Origin: Octopus vulgaris
Taxonomy: Eukaryota
Assembly (NCBI GenBank): GCA_951406725.2
Contig: OX597828.1
Location: forward strand, 32,240,001-32,304,000
Length of the DNA stretch: 64,000 nt
Direction of reading: 5' to 3'
How positions within the stretch are numbered: position 1 is the first letter of the stretch; the number at the start of each line of letters is the position of its first letter. This document shows, piece after piece, positions 25,031 to 39,348 of this stretch. The notes beneath the pieces are model-generated. The model worked only from the letters and a program-made list of their open reading frames with translations, did not search any database and had not been told where the DNA came from. The translations under genes were made by a program, and so were the position numbers.

Positions 25031-28000
25031 GGATATCGATAGGTTGAATATATCTTGCTTAGAGCAATTAGTCCTAATGTTGCCAATTTGCCTTTCGCAA
25101 GGTACATCAATTCGATATTATAGTACCTAGAGATGGTATAATATTGAATTTGTGTAAATAGTAGCAGTTTGTTTTCCTTTTCCGAAAGGTTAACAGTAAT
25201 TTATTTGTCGGTTTTAATTTAGTTGTAACGGATGTTTCTCGAATAATAGGTGTTTTATTTCTAGAGCTTCTTATGTAGAATCAATTTTACACTGCTCCTT
25301 CTAGGTGACGAATTGTCCAGCTCATATTCATGTTGTAGTAGCAACAAAGATATTCCTTAATTTAATGTAACCATATCTTGCAGTGGATTATACTATATAT
25401 TCACTTTTAGCATGTTTCCGACAATTTTGAAGGAAAAGCGGCAAATGCTTATAGAACGTTAGATTGAATCTTAGTGGGGATGTTCCTGTAAGCAATCAAT
25501 AATAAACTTATAATAGGTCTAGAGTAATATATCAAACTGAATGATATACAATTTGCCCAATGTTGTTTCGAGTAATGGCGAAATAAAAAGGATACAAGAA
25601 AGAATATTCAATCGATTGCAGCGTCAGTAGGTGGTCATGATCCATGACTAGAGGACGTTTTCAAAGGACATTGCTTCAACGGTGTGCGCCCTAACCGGAC
25701 ACATTCACTAGCTATTTAACGCAATCTTGTTTATCTGCCAATCTTATGTTTGGGCTGACAGTTTTCCTGACCGCATTTATGGTGCCATATCAACTGTTAC
25801 CAAATATGTTTTTTATCGTCTCTGTGGTGTATTTGACGTCATTTTCTTTGAGCATTTTCGAATTTATTCGAAATTATAAAGAATATTTTAAATTGACGTT
25901 GTGATTCATTTTATTTGCTCTAATACTGAGATGTTCTAAGTCCATATATGGTCCTAAACAATCAGGTCGTTTTTCCAGTTTGGTTTGCACACGGTTAATA
26001 GAATGTAGTGGTCCGTTCACTCCAAATCTTTACGAGTTTACTCTTACATATTTTCTTAGGATGTAGTATTTCCACATATTTTAAGCAGAGATGTGTAATC
26101 CGTTCTGTCTGTATACTGTTACTTATTTAGTTATTTACTAATGCTGTATTTTCTAGACTGAATATCACCACTTACGTATTTACTTGCGGATATGTTATAT
26201 TCTCGGTTTTGTGTGTATATGTGTGTGTGAGAAAGAGGGAGAGAGGGGATGAGGGAGTTTTTCACGTATTTATATAATGAATGATCAGCACTGTTAGAAT
26301 CGTCTTAAACTAATCTATACTTGTCTCTATGAGGCATCATGTCGCATTTTGATCTTAATAAAAATATTTATTCTTACGTTTGGCAACTAACTCATAAAAT
26401 ACAGTTGTTTTCACGTCTTACACATTTTCATTTTTTTCTTCAGCGTACCTTACACAAGCAATATCAATATTATTATTTCGAAATTGCTCGTCATTCACAC
26501 ATGTCAATAGTGAAACTTGGTTAAACTTTTTCTCCTTAAACTTAGTTTATGATGTTTGTAATGGTATTAGTAAGAGAAGATCGTATGACCCAATACATTG
26601 TGGTATTGGTTACAATCATTCCCGTTAGAGATCGCCTTGTATTCAACAAGAGACCGTGTAATACTAGCATCAATATATATTGATCTCCTCTTTTAAGACA
26701 AAACCGTTACACAGTCATATTTAAATGAATTACAGTAGAAATGAAAACTAATGCAATGCAATATTTGGGGCATATTTCTGTGTATTTGTTGTTTATACCT
26801 AGATACGCATCCGTGTATGTGTGTATACAAGCGCCTGATTTCAGTTGCATATTTCTAATTTGGTATTTGGACTGATAGTATTTCAGGTTGTTTGTCTGAA
26901 TTTGAAATTAGGAGATCTTTGTCGTTCAAACAGCTGAAATCGAACGACATTGGACTAACTTCTAAATATCCGTGATTTTTACTGAAACGTTCACAGCCTG
27001 CCAGAGACGGCGCCCCACAGTGTCAAAAGTTTGGGTACTTGAATTAGAACCACATTCACTCAATATGTTTTATTCACATTGTGTGAGTCGATACAGCTCT
27101 CTGGATAAAAATAACTTACCCATGAATTCCACCTAGTTCAATCGAACCACAGACGGCGAGATTACAAGGCCCATTTCCTATCTATTAGACGAAAACTTTG
27201 CTTACATTCCGCGTAACATATCCCTTACAACAAACGGATTTTATATGAATAAACATTTGAAATCGTCTATAAATTTTCTGTGTAATTCTAAGCCTTCTTT
27301 GATTATAGCACACTTAATGCATCCATATTGCACAATTAATGCATCGATGTTTAATTTGTTCCTGTTTTATTTGTCTCCCTTTCAAATGATTATATGTGAT
27401 GTAACATTTATACAGATCAGAGTATATATTCTGGCCTGCTTTGTGGTAATACTTGTTAACACATATTCTCATTACGGAATCAGCCTATACGAGGGACAGA
27501 TCTGTAGAAACAGAGAGAGGCTGGCACAAACAGACAGAGACACACAGAAACAGGGCAGGAGAAAAAGAGAGAGAAAGAGTCTCACCATAAATTTTTACAG
27601 TTGCTGCACGTACATACAGACAAACTTTCGCATGTGTTACATCAAATATTTTCATATCTGCATATTTGTCGACAAAGATATCTTTCTAACTAAGCATGAG
27701 TGAAACATTTTCCTTTCTGATCACAGGCAGCTAGTCTGCAATATAATTCAAGCCTTTCATCTGAAATTAATAAAGGAATATGCATAAACATACTCAGTGT
27801 CAATGTTGTGCTTAACTCGATTATAAATTTTGCTATTAGGTGGTCGAGCATTGAGAACGATGCATTTCTAAAAGAATTCCTAATTTTTAAGGAAGCAGTG
27901 TAACCATTTCACTTTGTCATTAATGTTCAATTTACGTGTTATTTCACACGTAATTTCAAACCGCTTTTAATTTAAAATTTTAGGAATGAGTTTTCTGCGT

Positions 28001-28499
28001 GATATCATTTACGAAAAAATGATGCGAACAAATCTTATTTCCTTGACTAAGTGCTAATTCATTGCACGCATGCACACATACCCACACGCACACACACAAA
28101 CACACACACGTATATATATATATATATATATATATAAATTTCCTCTAGTTACATAATATTGAGGTCTCTTTCTTTCTTTTGTTATCTTACCGTTTTTACC
28201 AATATATATATATATGTATATATAAGAGCAATGGTCCTATTAAAATACCATCACTAGTGGCAATCGAATACCAGCCGTACAGGCGCTTAATAATGTGTGT
28301 GTGTGTGTGTGTGTGTGTAGGTATATGTATGAATGTATGTATGTATGTATACATGAGAGTACCCCATGAGTAACTGCATCGCTAAATATAGAAGTAAAAC
28401 ATACTTCTGTGCCACGGAACATTCACAAATAGATTATAGGCATGGCAGAAAGGAAATGCAGTGAACAATAAAAATATATAACCTCGATAATTTAGATAT

Positions 28500-29992
28500 G
28501 TTTCGAACAAAGCTTCCTCCAGGTTATGGCTAATTTAATAGCACCACCTGATAGGATTAGCTAAATGCTAAAAGTCAAGTTTTGTGGCATCATGGCCTAT
28601 TCGAGTAGGGAGTTCTTGTTGAGTGAGCTGCATCTAGGTATAGGAGGCTTAGCTGGTATTTCTTGAAGACATTTGTCCAGATTGCATTTAAAGTTGATGG
28701 AATCCTTCTCTTCTTTGATCTGTTCCAGGATAATGTTAAATAGGGAAGGGCATGTTGAGGAAGAGAAATTGCCTTATAGTGTATTTATGTGTTGTGATAC
28801 TGAATTGGGTAGACCTGATTTCCTAGACTTGGATGGATTTTGAAGCTATGTATCGTTGACGGCGGCGCTGAAGAGTATAGAATTTCAATGTTTTAAGACG
28901 GTCCCAATAATCGAAATCAGTCATGACCATAATTCTTTTAGTGGATGTCTTCTGAGTGATTCAATATTCAAAATATCATATTTAGGAATGGAGAGGCCGC
29001 AGGGGACATTAGTATTCGAGGTAAAGCCGTGCAAAGACGCAGAAGGAATAATGGCACCTTGGTCCCTGGACCGGAATGGTCTTAGGATGCAGGAGCTCAT
29101 TCTACGATCTATATCGACCTTATTGTTGATGTTGGCACTACAGCTGAGATTGTTGTCAACAATTACTCCTAGGTCTCTGATATTATTAGATGCATCTGTG
29201 GTTCCCCCGAAGGAATGCATTATGATTGTCTCAAGCATAGTCTTCCAAAATGCAACAGCTCATATACCCCCTCGTTTATTTGCATCCTGTTTTCCTCTAC
29301 CCATCGATTCACAGCATGTAGATTAGACTGGAGCTCAGTTCGGTCCTCTTCTTCATTGATAATTTTCTGGAGCTTAAAGTCACCACTTTGCTGTGTTTTA
29401 TGTCGCTGAAAATGACGTTTATATAGGTAAACATAAGCGGGCCCAAGACTGTTCTCAGAGGAACATCACTGGTGACTTTTACTCGCATGAGTGGATTCCG
29501 CCTGATCACAACTTGCTGTGTTCTGCTCTCCAGGAAATACTTAATCCAGTTTAGTTTTTCACGGATTCCAACAGTTGACAATTTCACATTAGAATAATAC
29601 TATCGACTCTGTGGAACGCTTTACCGAAGTCAAGATATATGACATCAGATTTTGAACCTGATCTCAAAGCCTTAAGGATATCATCGATGTAGCGTAAGAG
29701 CTATGTTAGACAGTCCCTGCCACAGCGAAAAACCATGCTGGTTCGAATCTAGGAATCAAACTATCCTTGATCTCACCACCCTTCGAAACACTTTAATATG
29801 GGAGTTGAAATTCGGTGACAGTTTGACTGCGAGAGATGTGTTTCCTTGTTTGAAAACCGGGATGACAAATTGGGATAAGAACGGAGCCTAAAGAATTTTT
29901 CCAGGGTTGGTCAGAGGGACTGCAAATTGTTGTCTACATGCCTTCATATATGCACAGAGAAAGAGAGAAAGAAAGAGTTATAATGAGATAGC

Positions 29993-30042
<50 letters not shown>

Positions 30043-30043
30043 C

Positions 30044-30094
<51 letters not shown>

Positions 30095-30095
30095 C

Positions 30096-30177
<82 letters not shown>

Positions 30178-30446
30178 CCACCGCTACGTAATATCTTGCC
30201 GAATCTTCTGGTAGATGACTGTGAATTTCTATTTTCCAATGATCCAGATAAATCTAAATCCCGACGGCAGCATTATGGAGATCCCACCTTCACCAAAAGT
30301 CAATGACAAAAGAATTTTCCATTGAAAATGAGATTAGCAGTGGCGGTGTACCAACATCGCCACAGTCTACGGGCTGGAACTCAATACTAACGCTCAATAC
30401 TTACCTTCTTATTTATAAACTCTCATCTTCAGGATCCCGCATTCCA

Positions 30447-30448
<2 letters not shown>
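28500..30448 (-). pseudogene. CR1-group LINE reverse transcriptase fragment, interrupted at ~29933-30177
   Basis: Minus-strand motifs YLDFGKAF, VTSDVPLRTVLGPLMF (SGVPQG..LGPLLF) and IRDLGVIVDNNLS, with many stops and frameshifts. Confidence 0.8.
29987..30177. repeat. (GATA)n microsatellite
   Basis: Directly visible. Confidence 0.95.
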
Positions 30449-30489
<41 letters not shown>

Positions 30490-31814
30490 TGTGTGTCTGT
30501 GTGTGTTGCCTGTTTCTGTGTGTTATTATATGTACGTGCATGTGCGTGTATGTGGGTGTGCATGCGATTGTGCGTGCGTCTTTGCGTATGTTTGTATATA
30601 TATTGTCATTTTTATTTAACAGGTAATATATTTTGATTATGACATATAACGTGTATGAGCACACTATCATTTAAAGGAAATGTCTTTTTCATCCCAGTAT
30701 TTCTAACAGTTTCTAAGCAGTTCTATTTATAAATTGTTCATAGAACCATGGAGGGGAATTGTTGTTGTCGCTTTGTTGTTGAACCTGTTGTCGTTTTCTA
30801 TGAAAGCGTTTCCAGGACATAACATCCGATAATGTTGAACAGTACAACCCTTACTTGAAGTGAAGATGGTTTTGTATTTTGTGAGGTATAATTTATCAGA
30901 AAATACTGTAAAATATTTAAAACATGACACCGTTAGTTAGAGCATGAGTACAATCTTCCTCCCTGGACAGTTTTATAAAGGACATATATTTCTGGAAACA
31001 TCCATTTTGCTCTGTTTATGTTTATGCCTAAAAAGTCAGCTCTGCAATATTGAAGTGAGCTGATAGCCATAAATATGATAGCAGCGAATGCGACTATAAA
31101 TTATTGAAAACACAATAACCTTAGAAAGAGCGATGCAGAATAGTTATAAACAAACAAACCGTTATATAGAGAAGGAATCGTACTTTGGCAAATACACCAT
31201 AAAATTGTGGCGCGATCAAAACCTAAAACGGCCAGCGCCAGCAACATCGTTAAGGGCAATGCAGTAGACAATTCAGATTTTGTTAATGTTTGTTAACATT
31301 TATCTACAGGCGTGGAAATCATGTCAGAAAAGAGATGGCCACTTTTCTCGAGGTAAAGCGAAGATGAAAGTTGCAGATACGATGGAATATTTTCTCATCC
31401 CATTCATAGTGTTTTTGCAAAAGACTTGAACATTGTATGTAAAGATGCATGCAGCAGCAATGAGGAAGGGCAGATGAAAGATTTGTGGTTGGCTAGAATG
31501 TTTCGGAAGCTGTGCGTATGGCATCTTGCGAACGTAGCGGCCTATTTCTTAGGTCTGCATTATTATGATGATAGTGGGGGTGGTGGTGGTGATGATGATG
31601 GTGATGCTTTTGATAATGTTCATTTCATTTATATGAGAGCGAAGTATTATTGTTGTGCTGATCGGACGAGGGTAGTTGCGTGGAAGGGCAGTTCTGGTCG
31701 CTCTCATATAAATGAAATGATCATTATCAAAGGCATCATCAGCAGCAGCAGCAGCAGTAGCAGCAGCAGCGGCACCACCACCACCACTATCATCATCATC
31801 ATCATCATCGTCAT

Positions 31815-32880
31815 TATTATTCTTTTTATCACAGGTTTTATTGGAACTCCTGGAGATTTGCATGCGTAGCGGGCTTACTACCCGCAGCATGCAAATGACA
31901 CCATGCTATCCGTTCTTTTCAACTAACTTGTACTTTCCTGATTATTCTGACCGTGTCATGGAAGCAAACCTTTTTTAACATTTCTGCTTGGTACTCTATT
32001 CCAATTTCCTTTATAATCCTCTTGGATCTTCTGATACTGTTCTCAAGGTTCCAACAATAATTGGCACTATCTTCATCGTCTACACTTTCTATAGCCGGGC
32101 TATTTCGTACTTAAAATGGTTGTATCTATCTTTTCGCCATCCTTTTTAACTATTTGTGGGTGAAAGGGGTATGCAACATCAACGATATACACCTCGTCGA
32201 CCACCACTAGGTCCGGTCTGTTATGCTCTAGCACCTGATTTCTTTGGATTGGGAAACACTCAGAGGATTTCCTAGTCTCCGCCACTCTCTGCAGTTTGTT
32301 CTCATACCACGTCTTTCTATACTTGCGCTGTCAGTATAGAGCTCTAGGTCCCTTTTTTATTGTTCCATTCATCTGCCAATCCCACCTATTTTTCCCGTAA
32401 CTTCTGTTGTGACTTCATGGAATTAATTGTGTAGTCCCTTCTTGCGTAATTCTTTTTCATGTCCTTTTTGTACTTCCTTTGTTTTCCCTTTTCTCCCTGA
32501 TCTCAATACTCCCTCGTTCCCAACTTTCATTAGCAAAGCTTCCTTAATTTGGGCTAGGTGTCTCATTAGGATCTCGAATTCGATACGCACAAAGTCTCCC
32601 ACACTTATCTGTTCCATTTCTGCGTTTGCTCTCTTCATATACAGGTGATCAACATCTGCACGTGGATAGTGGGTCGCGTGCATCCTTAGGAGCTTTCATG
32701 ACTTCCTGTCCATCTCATTTATCTTCTCCTCCATCCACGTCAGAATTCCAGCGCCATACCGAATTACTGCGACTGCGCGCGAGTTTATTTCCGAAATTAT
32801 GTTTCCGGAATTCAGCTTTGAGGCCAATATTTTTCTCACTCACCGTAGTTACTCTGTTTGTCATTTTGCAAATTAACCAG
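31815..32880 (-). pseudogene. R4/Dong-like LINE fragment (RT thumb region + RLE)
   Basis: Minus strand gives YPRADVDHLYMKR, NQVLEHNRPDLVVVDEVYIVDVAYPF and IVPIIVGTL. The 3' end abuts a trinucleotide array. Confidence 0.8.
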
Positions 32881-33545
32881 TGAATATGCTGTGCTGTTCT
32901 ATCTTACCTGTTGAGATAATCTGTAGACGCAAGAACACTACACAAGGAGACATGATCGATGGTTTCCTTTTGCTGTTTACGTACTCATCTTTTGTTGCAG
33001 TCTTTCTTTAATATGTTGGCCCGTTAGATTCTTCTTGATAGACATTGATCTTCAGCTGATATGATAAAACCTTCTGTCTTTGATTTTAAGCCAGAAGACA
33101 CTAACCATTGATGAGTAAGGGCTTTCGTAACATCGGCTTTATTAGCTCTCTTTAGGTATTTGCTATTCAGCAGTTTTATCACGGATTTTCATACGCATAC
33201 ATTTTGTCTGTTTGTTTCCAGTACGTCTAATTCTGGGATTTATTGTATTTTGAATTCCTTTAGATAATTCTTTACCTGTTTCGTTACTGAGTATAGTGTT
33301 TTTCCTGTTTTCATGGTTTAAGACAAGTTTTAACATCATGTCATGAGAGTATTTCAGGTAGATTTTTAGCCCAATTGTGGGAATCCTCATTGATAATTTA
33401 CGTTGTAAATATCCACAGCCACTCTCTTTTTTTGGCAGAAGATGTCGTTCTATATCTGCATTAGGGTGGTGCATTCTATGCATTTGCAAAAAAATTCGTA
33501 TTTATCTGTCAATATTACATATTTCAGTAATTGACCAGTTATTAT
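32881..33545 (-). pseudogene. R4/Dong-like LINE fragment (post-RT region + CCHC)
   Basis: Minus strand gives MHHPNADIERHLLPKKESGCG, HQWLVSSGLKSKTEGFIISAEDQCL and ETIDHV. Confidence 0.8.
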
Positions 33546-33570
33546 TGTTGTTGCTGTTGTTATTGTTATG

Positions 33571-33680
33571 AAGGCGGTGAACTGGAATAATCGTTAGCAC
33601 GCCGGGCGAAATTCTTAGCGGTATTTCGTCTACCGCTACGTTATAATTGCTGGCCTAGTAACACAATTTGAAACCATTAT
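33571..33680 (+). mobile_element. SINE family A, internally deleted copy
   Basis: The head aaggcggtgaactgg...cttagcggtatttcgtc is joined directly to the tail aattgctggcctagtaacacaatttgaaacc. Confidence 0.7.
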
Positions 33681-34529
33681 GATTATTATCATTATTCATT
33701 TTTTATTGTTACCGAGTACTATTACTTTGAAGGATTTGAAAGTTTAAGCATGCTAGAATACAGACAATACATTACATTTAGTAAGGCTATTTCAAATGCT
33801 TTCGGAAACGAGAGCTTCAATATTACAATATCGGATTTCCAGTATATTCTGTATCGATAGATCTTGATACTGAAAAAAATGCTAAGAATAACAAATTTAA
33901 TATTTAATATTTCGACTTTTTTCTTCATTATCGAGATCTATTGGTGTTTTTTTATCATGAATTACTTATACCTGATATTGTTGTATTTTTCATACATTTC
34001 TAGTTAACTCTGTAGATAGACAACAATTCTGCGAATAGAACTTTCTTCTGATTGAAATGTAATAAATGTGCCTTTCTGTCCAATGGCTAGTTTGTCAATT
34101 GCTTTCATCATTCCTGTTCGAAAATACTATATTTCATAACTATTTTTGTGTTGTGAAATATAGTGTGTTGCCATCGTTTTATGATCGCATGTCTGAAGGA
34201 AATAAATGACAAATAAGAGCACTTTACTGATTAACGATTATAGAACATAATATAACTATTTTAGTAAGCCAGGAATTGGATATTTTGGCAGGAGATAAAT
34301 TCATGCTAATGCTTCAAAAATATTCACCATCTTATATTCTTCTTCTTTCCTTTGGTGTAAGAGTTAGGAGAATGGATTTATCTGATAAATTTGGACATAC
34401 AGACATTGAAATCTGTATGGTTCTTTGAGATTATATTTACGCGTACATCTCAATGTTTTTTTTTCCAAAGTTTCTGCTTCTTAATATGTCTCACTGCGTG
34501 TATGCTTATGAGCTCTTATGTCTCTGTGT

Positions 34530-34538
34530 TAGATAGAT

Positions 34539-34623
<85 letters not shown>

Positions 34624-34641
34624 CATAGATAGATAGCTAGA
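34530..34641. repeat. (GATA)n microsatellite
   Basis: Directly visible. Confidence 0.95.
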
Positions 34642-35390
34642 TTGATGCTTATTTACTTTTTTATCAATATGTGTTTACCAGTGCATGTATTTCGTGTTTG
34701 TGTATGGATGTATAGGTAAGTATGTTAGCGTCCATACATATTTCAGGATCGTAGCATATTATATCTGCTCATGCCACTGTGTTTATCGATGGAAGCGCTA
34801 GCGTGCTGCTAAATATCGTGTAAGATTATCTCCTATGATTTTTCAACCGAAATTTGAACAAAACTGTTTCGATTGGTTTGTGTTATATGATAAATATCTC
34901 TCTTCAGAGAATTTAGGTGTTTTATTGAAAAGAAGCTTTTAGTAAATAATGCTGTGCATTCAATTCTCTTACAACTATTTTCCTGTATTATCACAAACAG
35001 TTTTCTTATTATATAACAGATATTTAGTACCTTTTCAGATACTAAAATATCGGATTCAAAGAAGTTAGAAGGCGATAATGACATTTGGATATGCTGTTAC
35101 TGAAGAGAAGGAATTCTTATCATTTCCGAATTAACTTGGAAGACCCTTAATATTGATGCAACGTTCTAACAATAGGTTAAAAATATCTTTGAATTCTCAC
35201 ACTTCTAGCATTTGTAAAAGGAGATACGCATTTGATAATTTGTTTCTTGGTATTCACTGCCGCATAAAAAAAGGGATGGTCAAAATGCCGACTCTATCAA
35301 GATTGATCATCGGTAAAGTAAGGCAACAATGATTTCAATAAATATTACCACATCTTAATACGAAATGTTAACTTGTGTACCATATCTTGA

Positions 35391-35431
<41 letters not shown>

Positions 35432-35653
35432 AGTTGAGTTGTGTTCTGTTAAGAACGTATAAGAGTACAAATAGAGCTTGTTTACCCTTAGAATTCCCAA
35501 ATAGCCGGTAGTTTGCTTATGGTTTGCTACCAATTCTAGTCTTAGGTATTCTTCGTGCGTGAAAATAAAAAGTAAAAAGTAAAAGAGTCAAAAGGAAGAG
35601 TAAGTACAGTTAGGCAGCTTTTTAATCACTTCAAATGTTTCGATACATACAGT

Positions 35654-35860
35654 TCCTCGTATATACAGGATTTAAAGTTGAGTTTAAACTAAATTTAATT
35701 CAATTAAATGTAACGATTTACCGGGAGCATGGAAATCTAAATTTACTTACGGAGACAACAACTGAATATCGCCTAAGGAGATACATATAGATCTTCTTAT
35801 ACAGGTAAATCGTTACATAATTTACTTTAAACTCAACTTTAAATCTTATATATACGAGGA
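35654..35860. mobile_element. MITE-like element with long terminal inverted repeats
   Basis: tcctcgtatatacaggatttaaagttgagtttaaa...atgtaacgatttacc (35654-35722) is nearly the reverse complement of ggtaaatcgttacat...tttaaactcaactttaaatcttatatatacgagga (35804-35860). Confidence 0.75.
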
Positions 35861-38796
35861 TCAAAGATCAAACATTAAAAATGCGCATGCGCGAAATTAA
35901 AAATATAAATTCTTGTCCTTTTACCCATCACAACCTGTATATATATATATATATATATATATCCTCTAATCAAATGATAACTGCTACTGAATAATAAGAT
36001 CACCTTTAGGGCTTGTTAAAGGTGAGAGAATGTTCTGAGACTGAAAACCTGGCATTATGGTTGCAAATAAGTAAAGATAACAGTCATGCTAACCATGTTA
36101 ACCCTGACAGTGTTTTAAGTTTACGGCGTAACAACACACTTGCATACTGTCATGCAAGATTCATGCAAAATTTTGGGTTGAGGCGTGTTCATATTAGATG
36201 ATACTTCCTTGTTAGAAACATGATTTGGAAATACGCTAGCTTAATCACGAAATGGGAAGAAGGGTATTTTCGATAATTAAACTGAGATTTTGTTTGCGCC
36301 TTTGATATCGTATCAATATTTTCAGGTAAATATATCCGCGGTATTTTAACATAGCATTCTAAAACATGAAAATGTTATAGGTTTCAAAAGAAACTAAGAT
36401 TTTTGAAACAGTAATTTTAGTGCTTTAAAGACTATTCTCCTCATCTTTTTCCTTATAACATTTATTCTTGCCTGGCATAAGAAAAGGTTTAATTTCTTTT
36501 CCCAAATCAACTCAATTTTCAAAGCGGTATTTTTCTTAAAAACACATTTTCTATTATAATAAAAAAGTAAATATATCATAAATCTTTTTAAAGGCGATTT
36601 TCATATTTTCTCCCCAAATATTTGAGAGGGAAGTATATTGAATGTTCGGGTTTGGATGTTTCTGCTTCCTAATTTTTAGATCATTTGATTTCAGTATTCT
36701 GTCTTCGAGTCTTCTCTGGTTCGATCATATTTATGAAAACATTTTTCTTAACCATGCTACAGAAATGAAGAAAGGCTTTTCATTGAAGTGGAATTATATC
36801 ATTTTGGATTTCGTGTTTTTTTTTATATTCATATTTTTTATGAGACTTTGGTACTGCACCAAAGTGAGTTTACTTACATCAATCTTTACTTACATCAATC
36901 TTTATGAAACTTGTTGCGATATGTTGAATGGCGAGATTGTAGGTCGGTTTCACCAAACTGACTCAAATCCAGCCAGACTACAAAGATAATATTCGTAATT
37001 CCATATATGAATTAATACTAGGAGTAATCACAAACTAAGGTCTGACTCTTGAGGTTTTGCCGAGTGTGAATATGAATTAAATCAATCCATTGCAATAAAA
37101 GCAACAACTGATGCAAGTAAAAACCATCAAATGCTACACACCAATAATCAACATGGTCATACTTCCGATAAGTGATGGAAACGTATTCAAATGATTACAT
37201 AAAATATCTCGTGTGTAAGGAAGTTTGTAGCAAAATAAATTCAGAGATAGCAATAGGAGTAAAAATCCGTAAGTATATTTGTACAATTGCTGACAATTTA
37301 CAATATGCTGCCTTTCTACAATTGATAAATTATGCAGAAAATAATTATAGATACCAGTATATATTGGGGTTTATTTAGTTGTTCATGCTTTAGAGCATAA
37401 ACAAGTTTTGCTTCTCCTCAACATTGGAAGAAAATCTGTAGAATCCAATGCCATTTTTACAGACATGAATATCTCCACTTGTAATTTCATAAGCGTATAA
37501 ATACATCACAGCATATCCAGTTAAGCTGCCAGTTTGTGATAGAAGATTTATATAGCTTCAAGTATGAACATGATGTAGATATAAATAGGTGAATATCAGT
37601 TTTCTTAACATTCACATCTCTCACGTGTTGAATAAAGGCAATTGATACACACTGAACTGATGATAAATATATTTGATGTGAGCGGAATCGCTTTTAAAAG
37701 TTTCAATTTAGGCAACTTCTTGCTGTCTCTAATTTTCAACATACATTATTAAAAACACAATATAATCTTCCGATAATATATTTTATATTCGTGATATAGA
37801 AGCTAAATCTTCTTCAACGCTTATAACGAGAGAAAAAAATATTCATATTGACTATTTTTGAAAGTCATTTTCCATTTAAACACAAACTGTGTTGGGGAAT
37901 TGTTTGTAGATAAGATTTTTTAAAAAGATAGATTGAAAAGTTTATTACTGAATTCAATACAAGACGAGACGTGAAAGTTTTTATCAATAACCGTGCTAGA
38001 ATTGAATAAAACGTTATCATCATTTTATAACCTAAAACTTTACAGTATATTTCATCTATTTTTAATGTTATAAAATCTTTCAAAAAAAAATTCGTTACAA
38101 GTGATCATACATTACTTTTTAATGTTTGAACAAGGATAATTGGAGTATGTTCGCTGTCAAAGGCAGTGTGTTTGGGTGGATGTGTTTATGTACGTGAGTA
38201 TTTGAATGATTGGAGTTTCTGTGTATATGCGTGTATGCGTTAACAGATCAAATCTAAAGTCACTAATATTTTTAAAATGTTGATCGAAGCTGAATTGTGA
38301 AATTAAACTTCTTAGATATAGTGGAAGCTAGGTAGGCTCAATAAAGAAAACTTCATCAAAGCTGGAGATAGTAAAACAAGCCATTAACAGGCGCTGCCAT
38401 ATATTTAGGACAGAAGCGGTATCTCATTTCTTCGAGGTTTCTCGTCATCTATCGTTCAGAGAAGCATTTATATTTAATAACTTCCAAAGCGTGTGGTCAT
38501 TACCTTTCGTTCTTTTTCATTCAATTTTCTTTACTTTATCTTCCTGCACACTATACTTTTCTTTATTTTCAATTTGTTCCTATAAGACAAAACTGAGACA
38601 CGTATAAAATTTTTCTTATAACTATAATTAATTCTCTATTTACCATCACAGCAGTACTAAACCCAAACAAAATATGTAGACAGAATCACTCAAGGTGTGA
38701 TTATATCCAACATACAAATCAGATCAACAAGCCGTTTCTTTCTAACGTTCGCTGAAGGAATATGACTAAAGTACTTTTTTTCTCAAGGAGACGGAA

Positions 38797-38896
38797 ATAC
38801 ACACACGCACACTCTCACACTCTCACACACACACTCACATACGCTCACACACACATATGTATACGTGTGTGTGTATAACGATATATATATATATGC

Positions 38897-38983
<87 letters not shown>

Positions 38984-39008
38984 CATATATGTATATATAG
39001 ATATATAC
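38797..39008. repeat. (CA)n/(TA)n compound microsatellite
   Basis: Directly visible. Confidence 0.95.
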
Positions 39009-39013
39009 TTAAT

Positions 39014-39348
39014 GTAAAGGTAAAGACCCCCTTCGGTCATGAATGACCATAGGATTGCACCTAGAAAGTTACCCTCCTAGACACAAGTTCGGGCAAAGTT
39101 GTTTATGGAAGACCAGCAGTGGCCCATGCAGACCAGCCTCCCCTCTCCACGCCACCAGTGTTATCCAAGGGAAAGACAAAGGTCGATACAGCTTGGCACC
39201 AGTGATGTCGCAACTCATTTCTACAGCTGAGTGAACTGGAGCAACGTGAAATAAAGTGCCTTGCTCGAGAACACAACACGCAGCCCGGTCCGGGATTCGA
39301 GCTCACAACCTCACGATCGTAAGCTCGATGCTCTAACCACTGAGCCAT
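39014..39348 (-). mobile_element. SINE family C, near full length
   Basis: Minus strand tggctcagtggttagagc (A box)...agctcgaatcc (B box)...cactcagctgtagaaatgagt..., ending in (tttacc)-type repeats. Confidence 0.85.

Noticed and set aside
37172-37378. ORF containing TIADNL, reminiscent of a DNA-transposase motif
   Set aside because: A single short motif is insufficient evidence.
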